Source: Candidatus Bathyarchaeia archaeon | GTDB lineage: Archaea; Thermoproteota; Bathyarchaeia; Bathyarchaeales; Bathycorpusculaceae | Assembly (NCBI GenBank): GCA_049521795.1 | Contig: JBEKOM010000001.1 | Span: 704,001 to 768,000 of the forward strand | Direction: 5' to 3' | DNA: 64,000 nt | In this document: positions 1 through 7,634 of the stretch, one piece after another | Position numbering within the stretch: position 1 is the first letter of the stretch | Layout: each line of letters opens with the position of its first letter | Notes under the pieces: generated by a model | Seen by the model: the letters and a program-made list of their open reading frames with translations, nothing else | What the model was told of the DNA's origin: nothing | Database searches by the model: none | Program-made: the position numbers and the translations under genes

Positions 1-266
1 ATAATCGTTGCCACGTCCGGGTTCTCGGCAATCTTTAACATTCGCTGCAGGCTCTTGGCCTCGATTGCAGCCATGCTCTCCCAAACCTGAGCATCAATTT
101 CAGTTGCCGCTTCAGTCCCAAACTTCTTTTCGATGCCTAGAAAATACAAGCCATCAACTCTCCAAATGTTACGAATCTGCAGAAAGAAATAATCAAACAG
201 TTTCTCCATGGGCATTTCGGCCAGTGTCTCACGGTCTTCTCGACTTCCAGGAGGATATTCACTCAT
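1..266 (-). CDS. DUF6125-like protein, 3' end truncated by the window edge (absent from the ORF track)
   Basis: Manual translation from ATG at 266: MSEYPPGSREDRETLAEMPMEKLFDYFFLQIRNIWRVDGLYFLGIEKKFGTEAATEIDAQVWESMAAIEAK..., open to position 1. GGTGA RBS upstream. The W-x-x-DGL-x-F...E-K-x-G...ID-x-x-VW pattern recalls DUF6125. Confidence 0.7.
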   Translation of the reverse strand, partial: MSEYPPGSREDRETLAEMPMEKLFDYFFLQIRNIWRVDGLYFLGIEKKFGTEAATEIDAQVWESMAAIEAKSLQRMLKIAENPDVATI

Positions 267-363
267 GCCTTTCACCATTAAGAGGCGCTTTAGTAATTGG
301 CCGCTATGAAAAGCTATTGTTCTGATTTCATGTTTTCGGAATGTTGCTTTTCCAGCTTGCGCT

Positions 364-402
364 GCGAAACCTTTAAGAGAGTTATGAATGTTTATTCATA
401 AC
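364..402 (+). promoter_or_regulatory. BRE/TATA promoter followed by a perfect 9-bp inverted repeat (candidate operator)
   Basis: GCGAAAC-CTTTAAG (364-377), then GTTATGAAT-gttt-ATTCATAAC (381-402), ending 1 nt before the GTG at 404. Confidence 0.65.
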
Positions 403-403
403 C

Positions 404-865
404 GTGCCTAGACCCAGAATCTGCCGACGAGTATGCTGCGAACCAGGCGTGACTTATTTCAAACCCAGAGGAGTTCCAATGACTTCCTTAGAAAGCGTCG
501 GCCTGAGGGTGGATGAATTTGAGGCGATACGGTTGAAGGATCTCGAGGGATTGGAGCAGACAGCGGCGGCTGACAGTATGCGCATATCGCAACCGACATT
601 CCACAGAGTCATAGAGGCGGCAAGAAAGAAGGTGGCAGATGCCTTGGTCAATGGCAAAGCAATACGAATAGAAGGAGGCGAATCCATGTCGGACGCAAAT
701 AGAAAATTCAAATGCCTTGATTGCGGCCACGAGTGGGACGAACCCCATGGAAGAGGAAGACCCGGCACCTGTCCTACATGCGGAAGCAAGAACATCCATA
801 GGGCTCCCCAAAACAGAGGGCATGCACGATTCGGAAGAGGCTACAGAGGCCATTTTGAAATATGA
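404..865 (+). CDS. DUF134 (UPF0251) HTH DNA-binding protein with C-terminal Zn-ribbon
   Basis: MPRPR..R, FKPRG, DEFEAIRLKD.EGL.Q..AA..M.ISQPTF...ARKKVADALV.GKAIRIEGG signature. C-terminal CLDCGHEW...CPTCGS. Confidence 0.9.
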   Translation: MPRPRICRRVCCEPGVTYFKPRGVPMTSLESVGLRVDEFEAIRLKDLEGLEQTAAADSMRISQPTFHRVIEAARKKVADALVNGKAIRIEGGESMSDANRKFKCLDCGHEWDEPHGRGRPGTCPTCGSKNIHRAPQNRGHARFGRGYRGHFEI

Positions 866-878
866 AGGAGTTTTCGAA

Positions 879-1736
879 TTGACAAGTACGCAAGAAGTCA
901 CAGAGAGGAAAAAACAGTTTTCGGAGCAGGAGCAGAAGCTTAAGGCCAAAATGGGCAAGGTCAGACACAAGATAGCCGTAATAAGCGGCAAAGGAGGCGT
1001 AGGCAAAAGCACAGTCGCAGTGAATCTGGCCGTGGCCCTCGCGATGCATGGACACTCCGACCGGATCGGGATTCTTGACGCAGACATACATGGTCCCAGC
1101 GTACCGAGAATGCTAGGACTGGCGGGCCAAAGACTCCAAATGAGCCCGCCTGAGGCCTTTCCAGCCTCTGGCACGTTAGGAATAAAGGTCGTTTCAATGG
1201 ACTTCCTATTGCCTGATGAAAATGCGCCAGTGATTTGGCGTGGACCGCTGAAGATGACCGCGATCCGCCAGTTTCTGTCAGAGATAGTCTGGGGAGACTT
1301 AGACATTCTGCTAATTGATCTTCCTCCCGGGACAGGGGATGAGCCGCTAAGCATTGCTCAGCTGCTGCCGGAAATGGACGGCGTCGTGATTGTAACAATC
1401 CCATCCAAGGTCTCACAAGTTGTCGTTAAGAAGTCTGTCACTTTTGCTCGGCAGCTCGGAATGCCCATAATCGGCGTCATCGAAAACATGAGCGGCTTCA
1501 TCTGTCCTCATTGTGGAAAAAAATCTGACATATTCGAGTCTGGCGGCGGGCGAAAGATAGCTGAAGAATTGAATATCGCGTTTCTTGGAAGTATTCCGAT
1601 TGATCAGAAAATCTGTGAGGATGCTGACCGAGGGGAACCGTTCATCGTCGAGCATCCTAACTCTGCGGCTTCAAAGTCCTTCATGGAAATAGTCAAGAAA
1701 GTCGAAGATTTCCTGAAACAGAAGGGAAAGAAGTAG
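879..1736 (+). CDS. Mrp/NBP35/ApbC family Fe-S cluster carrier ATPase
   Basis: SGKGGVGKS Walker A, DADIHGPS, VIWRGP, DLPPGTGD, ENMSGFICPHC. Start moved to TTG 879, which follows an AAGGAG RBS; the 717 start overlaps the upstream gene. Confidence 0.93.
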   Translation: MTSTQEVTERKKQFSEQEQKLKAKMGKVRHKIAVISGKGGVGKSTVAVNLAVALAMHGHSDRIGILDADIHGPSVPRMLGLAGQRLQMSPPEAFPASGTLGIKVVSMDFLLPDENAPVIWRGPLKMTAIRQFLSEIVWGDLDILLIDLPPGTGDEPLSIAQLLPEMDGVVIVTIPSKVSQVVVKKSVTFARQLGMPIIGVIENMSGFICPHCGKKSDIFESGGGRKIAEELNIAFLGSIPIDQKICEDADRGEPFIVEHPNSAASKSFMEIVKKVEDFLKQKGKK

Positions 1737-1755
1737 TGGAAAGGGAGGTGACGCA

Positions 1756-2130
1756 ATGAAAACTACAGTTATTGTTCCTGTGTCAGATAACAACGGTTTG
1801 AACGCTAGGATAGCGGAGCATTTCGGAAGAGCGCCTTTCTATGCTGTTGTGGCTCTAGGCACGGATGGAAAAGTCGAAAACGTCGAGACCTTAGAGAACA
1901 AAGGCGAACATTTCGGTGGCGAAGGACACGTGCACGACCACATTTTGGAGCGGAAACCGAACGCGATAATAACCTATGGAATGGGCCCAAGAGGTTTAAC
2001 TGGATTCCAAGAAGCAGGAGTAGCAGTGCTGAAAGCGAACGCGGATACGGTTAAAGAAGTAATCGCTGCATACAACGATGACAAGCTTCAAGAGCTTACC
2101 GAAGGATGCCATCACGCACACCATCACTAG
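1756..2130 (+). CDS. NifB/NifX family (FeMo-co-binding-like) protein with His-rich C-terminus
   Basis: HFGRAPFY motif, GMGPRG, C-terminal CHHAHHH. GGAGGTGA RBS. Confidence 0.85.
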   Translation: MKTTVIVPVSDNNGLNARIAEHFGRAPFYAVVALGTDGKVENVETLENKGEHFGGEGHVHDHILERKPNAIITYGMGPRGLTGFQEAGVAVLKANADTVKEVIAAYNDDKLQELTEGCHHAHHH

Positions 2131-2157
2131 GATTAGAACTCAGAGCTTGATTCTAGA

Positions 2158-3420
2158 ATGAACGAGAAGAATCAGCTTTTTAGAAAAGGAGAAAGAGCTG
2201 CGATTCTTTCTGCAGCTGTTCTCCTAGCGTTCAGCATTCTGAAGGGCACAGTATCGATAATCTCTGGGAGCGTGGCATTACTCGCAGACTCTATTCATTC
2301 CTTTGCTGACATTTTTTCCTCGATTGCTGTCTGGGCCGGACTCAAGCTGGTTCAGAAAAAACCTACCGAAAGATTTCCATACGGATATTATAAGGCAGAA
2401 ACCTTGGCCTTGCTGATAGTCGCCGTGACGATCGTTGTATCAGGTGTTCTGATCTTGAAAGAAGCTGTGGATAAACTGTTTGTACGCAGCGTTGTCCTGT
2501 TTCCATCTGTTGTTCTTGCGGTGGCCGCTTTTTCAGGGCTGGTCTCCTACTTTCTTGGTAGGTACAAGAAAAGCGTGGGAAGCCTTATTGGTTCTCAGTC
2601 GCTTATTAGTGAAGGACAACATTCTTTGGTAGACGTCTATACCGCATTAATGGTTTTCGTAGGTGTCTTGTTTGCCAGCCTAGGTTATCCTGTGTCTGAG
2701 GTTTTGGCGGGCTTGGCTATTGGGTTGTACGTTATGAAAGTGGGGTTGTGGTTTGGAAAGGATGCAGTGCTGGTTCTTATGGATGCTTGTTTGAGTCCGC
2801 AAAAGGCCAGAGAAATGAAGGAAATAGCGGAGAAGGTGCGAGGAGTAAGTGGAGTGCATGATCTCAGGTTGCATAGATCAGGACCAGTGTCCTTTGGAGA
2901 GATGCACATAGAGGTGGAAGAAGCTCTTCCTCTGGAGAAAGCACATGAGATTTCAGATGAGATCGAAGAGAAGATTAGAGGGCGTTTCAAGGATATTGAA
3001 TCAATCACGATTCATGTAGAACCAGCATACAAACAGAAAGTCAAGGTTGGCATTCCAGTGGTGGAAGACAAGGGGTTGGAATCAAAGACTTCTGCTCATT
3101 TTGGGAATGTACCCTTTTTTGCATTCATAGAGCTGGAGAATAGGCAAATAAGGAATGTGTATGTCAAGGTCAACAAAGCAGCGAGAACAGAGAGGAAGAA
3201 AGGAATAGGTGCTGCTCGATTCTTGGTGGACGAAAAAGTTGACGTGGTGCTTGCAGGAGGCATGGGCGAAGGTCCATTTCACCTATTGAGAGACAACCTT
3301 GTTCAGATATTTGTTCTTCCAGAACAGGTTGAACTCAAGGAAGCGATCCGTCTTCTCAACGAGAACAAGCTAGAAAGAATGACAGCGCCATTTGAGAAAA
3401 ATGAAACGGATGATAGGTAA
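2158..3420 (+). CDS. Cation diffusion facilitator (FieF-like) fused to a C-terminal NifB/NifX domain
   Basis: SVALLADSIHSFAD, FPYGYYKAE, six TM helices, dimerisation domain (HIEV...AHEI...IHVEP), then IPV..D.GL.S..SAHFG..PFF and GGMGEGP. Confidence 0.9.
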   Translation: MNEKNQLFRKGERAAILSAAVLLAFSILKGTVSIISGSVALLADSIHSFADIFSSIAVWAGLKLVQKKPTERFPYGYYKAETLALLIVAVTIVVSGVLILKEAVDKLFVRSVVLFPSVVLAVAAFSGLVSYFLGRYKKSVGSLIGSQSLISEGQHSLVDVYTALMVFVGVLFASLGYPVSEVLAGLAIGLYVMKVGLWFGKDAVLVLMDACLSPQKAREMKEIAEKVRGVSGVHDLRLHRSGPVSFGEMHIEVEEALPLEKAHEISDEIEEKIRGRFKDIESITIHVEPAYKQKVKVGIPVVEDKGLESKTSAHFGNVPFFAFIELENRQIRNVYVKVNKAARTERKKGIGAARFLVDEKVDVVLAGGMGEGPFHLLRDNLVQIFVLPEQVELKEAIRLLNENKLERMTAPFEKNETDDR

Positions 3421-3473
3421 CGCGCATTGTGTATCGAAGTTATCTCGCGCGTTCTGGACGGTTTAAAGGCCAT

Positions 3474-3998
3474 TCAGAAATCGGTTATGTTGTGGCCTTT
3501 TGCTCTTGCTTTGGCTATTATGTTTTTGTACCATTCTGGCAGTTCGAATTTCTCGATTTTTCTCGCTGGAGAGTAGGGTTTGATGTCTAGCACCGGCGTT
3601 TCATTAAGAGCATCTAATCCTTTAACATGAAGGATTTTGCCCTTCCTCCATAGTAGTCTCACTGCAGACAAGCCTATAGGATTTGGTCTGTTAGGTGAGT
3701 CCAAGCAGAACACTCCAACCAAGGGGACCTCTTCCAGGTTCAGTCCATACCTGACAACGATTCTGGGCTTGATCTTGAGCCTTTTTCTGTTTTCCGCGGT
3801 GATGTTGTGCATGTAAAAGAGAATTAGCAGATGAGAAAAACCATCAATGGTTTCTAAACCATCGGCGTATTCGTCGAGAATTTCAATATCCGCTTCCAGT
3901 TCCTCAACCGGCTGATTTCTCATCTCTTCACCAGCAAACCTCGTTTTCACAAAGCCTATCGGATTTAACTGGATGCTCAAAACGCTCACCTTTCGCAT
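3474..3998 (-). CDS. trmO: tRNA m6t6A37 methyltransferase TrmO/TsaA family
   Basis: PIGFV, GFSHL..LFYMH, GVF...SPNRPNPIGLS, GLDA...TPVLDIKPY. Confidence 0.88.
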   Translation of the reverse strand: MRKVSVLSIQLNPIGFVKTRFAGEEMRNQPVEELEADIEILDEYADGLETIDGFSHLLILFYMHNITAENRKRLKIKPRIVVRYGLNLEEVPLVGVFCLDSPNRPNPIGLSAVRLLWRKGKILHVKGLDALNETPVLDIKPYSPARKIEKFELPEWYKNIIAKARAKGHNITDF

Positions 3999-4180
3999 GT
4001 TATTTTACTTTTGGAGTAGATCTTGAGCCCCTTATATGCTTAACGCGCTCTATTTCCTTGTACCCATTGTTGGAAAACCTCTAGCGACCAGACTTGTAAC
4101 CGCGCGCGCTAACTGTTTTTTACTATTTGTCGATGGCTTAGAACCAGCTTGCGAGAAAGAGGTTGACTGGACACTAAGAG

Positions 4181-5353
4181 TCAATCATGGAGAAGAAGGG
4201 CGACAGGTATCAAAAGTGCGAACGCTGCTCCTGCTATGAAAAAGGTATCTCTGACGCTGATAAATCCCATCAGCGCGCCGGCTGCTAATGGTCCAATCGT
4301 GTAGCCCAAGTCTTTGAATGTGGCTATGGCTCCGGTAATCGCGGTTTTGCTTTCACCAATTATGTCTGACATTCTTGAATACAGCGCTATGAAGATCACC
4401 GTGTAGCTCATCGTGAAGGCTGTCACAGTCGCCAATGTGTAGTATAGGCTATTTGAGAATGGCATCATAACTGCAGTCAACGTTGTCAAGGAAGCAGCCA
4501 CAGCAAGTGTCTTCCGTATTCCATGTCTGTCTATCAGATTTCCAATCGGCACTTCAAGAGCAACCGCAGGCAGAAGGGCTACAGTAAGTATCACACCTAT
4601 CAGTGGAATAGCAATTCCTTCACTGTTAAGAAATATCGGAAGGAACGAGTAGTACACATTGATAAGAGCGTAGAACACGACTATGAGAAAAACAGTCTTT
4701 ACGAACCGGCTATTGCGCATGTAACTCAACAATGTAGTTACCTGAACGTTCAACGATGCTTTCTCGGACTTGGGCGTCTCCTTCAAACATAATGAAACCA
4801 CAACGAATGCGGTTAGACTCGTTAAACTCAGCACATAGAAAGGCAGAAAGAACGAAAGAACCGAGATAAGCCCCCCGACAACTGGAGATAAAGCTGAGGC
4901 GAAATCGTTCATCCCCGAAAAGAATCCAACCTCTTTTCCTTTCGCACTCTTCTCAGCATAAGCGAAAACATATGCCCACGAAGTCAACCATAAAAAAGAT
5001 GAAGCAACCCCTCTAGTGACGCTTACCAACAACAGCGATAGAAAAGTGTCTGCCACAGGATAGAGCAACGCAAGGGCCGAGTAGATTAGCAACACCATCT
5101 GTAGAACTCGTTTCACATTCATTCTGTCCTCTATGATTCCGAATGGTATGTTCAGGAATATCCCCATCATCGTTGTGAGCGAAAGGATAAGGCCGGTCAG
5201 GAACAGGTTTCCAGTGACGTTTTCAACATATATGGAAAAAACAGGGGAGGTAATTCCCCAGCCGAAAGTGTATATGAAAAATGCGATCGAGATCGGGAAG
5301 ATTACCCTTTTGAAATTGACAATATGCCGTAGTTCGCCAAACTCTTTGAACAT
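4181..5353 (-). CDS. MFS transporter
   Basis: About 12 hydrophobic segments. Motif-A-like G..EDR and GNLIDRHGIRK. DLGYTIGPL. Confidence 0.88.
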   Translation of the reverse strand: MFKEFGELRHIVNFKRVIFPISIAFFIYTFGWGITSPVFSIYVENVTGNLFLTGLILSLTTMMGIFLNIPFGIIEDRMNVKRVLQMVLLIYSALALLYPVADTFLSLLLVSVTRGVASSFLWLTSWAYVFAYAEKSAKGKEVGFFSGMNDFASALSPVVGGLISVLSFFLPFYVLSLTSLTAFVVVSLCLKETPKSEKASLNVQVTTLLSYMRNSRFVKTVFLIVVFYALINVYYSFLPIFLNSEGIAIPLIGVILTVALLPAVALEVPIGNLIDRHGIRKTLAVAASLTTLTAVMMPFSNSLYYTLATVTAFTMSYTVIFIALYSRMSDIIGESKTAITGAIATFKDLGYTIGPLAAGALMGFISVRDTFFIAGAAFALLIPVALLLHD

Positions 5354-5673
5354 CTGAATCCTACTACAATTAAATATTGAATTGCATATTAATTCATCCG
5401 CGTGCCAACGTTGAAGCGTGTAATCTTTGCGCGCTAGTATTATCCAAAGAAGCCCATTGACCTATTCCCCTTTTTTCATCAAGAATAGCGCGCGCGGCCC
5501 GCGCAATATCAACGGATTTTTTAGAACTCATCTAGCTGTGCATGGTGTTCGGCAGACGAACAGTATGGTCTCGTTTTTCGTGCGCGCACCATAGAAGATT
5601 GCTTATGCAGATTGTAGGCACTAACCTATCAGACCTATAAGAAACGACGGATATAGATAGACTCGGTAAGAAT

Positions 5674-5730
5674 ATGCCAAAGAAAAGAGCACACGCAGGA
5701 CTCAAGAAGAAGAAACGTCAAGAAACATAA
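5674..5730 (+). CDS. Candidate 18-aa basic micropeptide MPKKRAHAGLKKKKRQET
   Basis: Manual translation. TATA-like CTATAAG at 5635-5641 and GGTAAG 3 nt before the ATG. Lies in a 520-bp gap with no other gene. Confidence 0.25.
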   Translation: MPKKRAHAGLKKKKRQET

Positions 5731-5877
5731 TCAACGCACCGCGCTGATAGGATGAGAACAATATTGCCTCCATCACCCGACAGTTAACATGAAGACGAAT
5801 CACCCTCCAAGTTACCAGAACCTACTTTAGAAAACGTAAATAGGCGCTAAACACTTAACCAAAACAGGGAAAAACGA

Positions 5878-6657
5878 GTGAAGATTGCAGTTTCTGGCAA
5901 GGGAGGTGTGGGCAAAACTCTCATAGCAGCGGGTCTTGCCTGCTCTTTCGTCGATAAGGGCTTCAAGACGATAGCTATTGATGCTGATTCTTCCCCGAAT
6001 CTTGCCTTGACCCTGGGCTTAACGCCTGAAAAGGCAAGACAGATACTGCCCATTTCAGAGAACAAGAAATTGGTTGAATCAAAAACCGACACAGGCTTCT
6101 CGGGCGTTTACCGTCTTTCCTTCAAGGTGGACGACGTTGTCCGCGAGTATTCGGTGAAGACACCGTTTGGCGTGAACTTGATAGTCATGGGAACGGTGAA
6201 GTCGATGGGTTCAGGGTGCACTTGTCCAGAGAACGCTGTTGTGCGTGCTTTGCTTCGCCATCTGGTGGTGGAGCGAGATGAGGCGGTTGTTCTTGACACG
6301 GAGGCGGGGGTTGAGCACATGGGCAGAGGAACGGCTAAGCATGTGGACACTCTGCTGATCGTCGCGGACGCAAACATGAAATCTCTTGAGATAGCCAAAC
6401 ACATTCAAGAATTGGCCTTGGGCTCGAGCATAAAGCAGGTTTATCTGGTTGGAAACAAGGTCGGAGACAAGGTTCAAGAAGAAACGATCGGAAAATTCGC
6501 GCAGGAAAACGGTTTGAAAATCTTGGCCTTTATTCCCTTCGATCAGAAAGTCGCAGAGATGGAAATGAGGGGAGAAACGCCGCTGAAAGACAGGAGCTCA
6601 GAGGCCGTGCGAGCAATAGAAGTGATTGCTGATATGCTCACAGCAAAGAACGACTAA
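5878..6657 (+). CDS. cooC: CooC-type nickel-insertion ATPase (CODH/ACS maturation)
   Basis: KIAVSGKGGVGKT, IDAD..PNL, GSGCTCP Ni-binding CxC motif, DTEAGVEHMGRG. Confidence 0.92.
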   Translation: MKIAVSGKGGVGKTLIAAGLACSFVDKGFKTIAIDADSSPNLALTLGLTPEKARQILPISENKKLVESKTDTGFSGVYRLSFKVDDVVREYSVKTPFGVNLIVMGTVKSMGSGCTCPENAVVRALLRHLVVERDEAVVLDTEAGVEHMGRGTAKHVDTLLIVADANMKSLEIAKHIQELALGSSIKQVYLVGNKVGDKVQEETIGKFAQENGLKILAFIPFDQKVAEMEMRGETPLKDRSSEAVRAIEVIADMLTAKND

Positions 6658-6705
6658 TAAAGAGTTGAGGAAATAATCGATATGCTAGAAGGTGTGAAGT
6701 AATAA

Positions 6706-7476
6706 TTGAAGAAGCTTGTGACAATAGGTCGCGGCGGAACTGGAAAGACTAGTTTTGTGGCGCTGAAGACAAAATACTTCATTGAGATGAGAGCTACGCC
6801 TCTGCTTTTGGTGGACGCTGATCCGGACCAGAACCTTGGGGAAATGGTTGGCGTAGATTTGAAGGAAGAGGGGAAGAAGACGATTTCAGAGCTGCTCATG
6901 GAGGCTTTTTTGAAGGAAGGTGGAACAACTGTCGGTGTTCCGCCCACTGAACGAATTGAAAATAGGATCTGGGCTCAAGGCATGTATGAAGGCGACTTTT
7001 TCGATTTCATTTCTATAGGCACAAAGTGGGTTGAAGGCTGCTATTGCTTGCCGAACGCGGCTTTGAAAGGAGCCTTGGAATCAGTTTCTAAAAATTACAA
7101 GTACGTCTTGATTGACTCGCCAGCAGGACTGGAGCATTTGAACCGTAGGATCACGTCGAAAGTTGATGACATCTTCGACGTTCTTGACCCGTCCAAAAAA
7201 TCGTTCGACCATGTTGACCGGGCCTACCGGATAGCGAAGGAGGTACGCATAGAATTCAAGAATTTCTACGTCGTCGGCGGTTACAGGTTTCCAGAAGGCT
7301 TGGAGAAGACGGCTGACAGCACCTTGAAACTTGATTTCTTGGGCAAGATTGCTCGAGACGACGAAGTTGAGGAACATGTTCTGGCTGGAAAATCACTCTT
7401 AGAACTGCCTCCTGACTCTCCGGCCTACCTCTCCGTTAAGAGAATAGTGGACAAGGCAGGCTACACGAAAGAGTAG
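6706..7476 (+). CDS. cooC: Second CooC/AcsF-type nickel-insertion ATPase
   Basis: GRGGTGKT, VDADPDQNL, EGCYC, DSPAGLEHLNRR. Immediately upstream of cdhA. Confidence 0.88.
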   Translation: MKKLVTIGRGGTGKTSFVALKTKYFIEMRATPLLLVDADPDQNLGEMVGVDLKEEGKKTISELLMEAFLKEGGTTVGVPPTERIENRIWAQGMYEGDFFDFISIGTKWVEGCYCLPNAALKGALESVSKNYKYVLIDSPAGLEHLNRRITSKVDDIFDVLDPSKKSFDHVDRAYRIAKEVRIEFKNFYVVGGYRFPEGLEKTADSTLKLDFLGKIARDDEVEEHVLAGKSLLELPPDSPAYLSVKRIVDKAGYTKE

Positions 7477-7634
7477 TTGGCCACATCTTTTTCAGTGTTC
7501 TGGGTGAACCCTGCCAAGAAGTACATGAATCATCTCTGCAGATCGATTATTCATAGTGGACTTTGGTTCCAGAAATGCTTATGAGCGAAGGTTTCATTAG
7601 ATTTCGTCTTCTTCGTCCTTAGGTAGTGCCATAA

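Noticed and set aside
8-325. 105-aa plus-strand ORF
   Set aside because: It is the shadow of the minus-strand DUF6125-like gene, which has an RBS and a family-like sequence.
488-1354. 288-aa minus-strand ORF and the many similar antisense ORFs across the window
   Set aside because: They lie opposite well-supported genes and show no motifs, as expected for antisense shadows.
4100-5590. Several GCGCGC runs in the spacers flanking the MFS gene
   Set aside because: Short, irregularly spaced and without shared flanks, so a repeat family or element ends cannot be supported.
7525-7600. Imperfect ATGAAT...ATTCAT and TTATGA...TCATTA dyads upstream of cdhA, resembling the DUF134 palindrome
   Set aside because: Spacing differs and there are mismatches. 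Too weak without a motif model.
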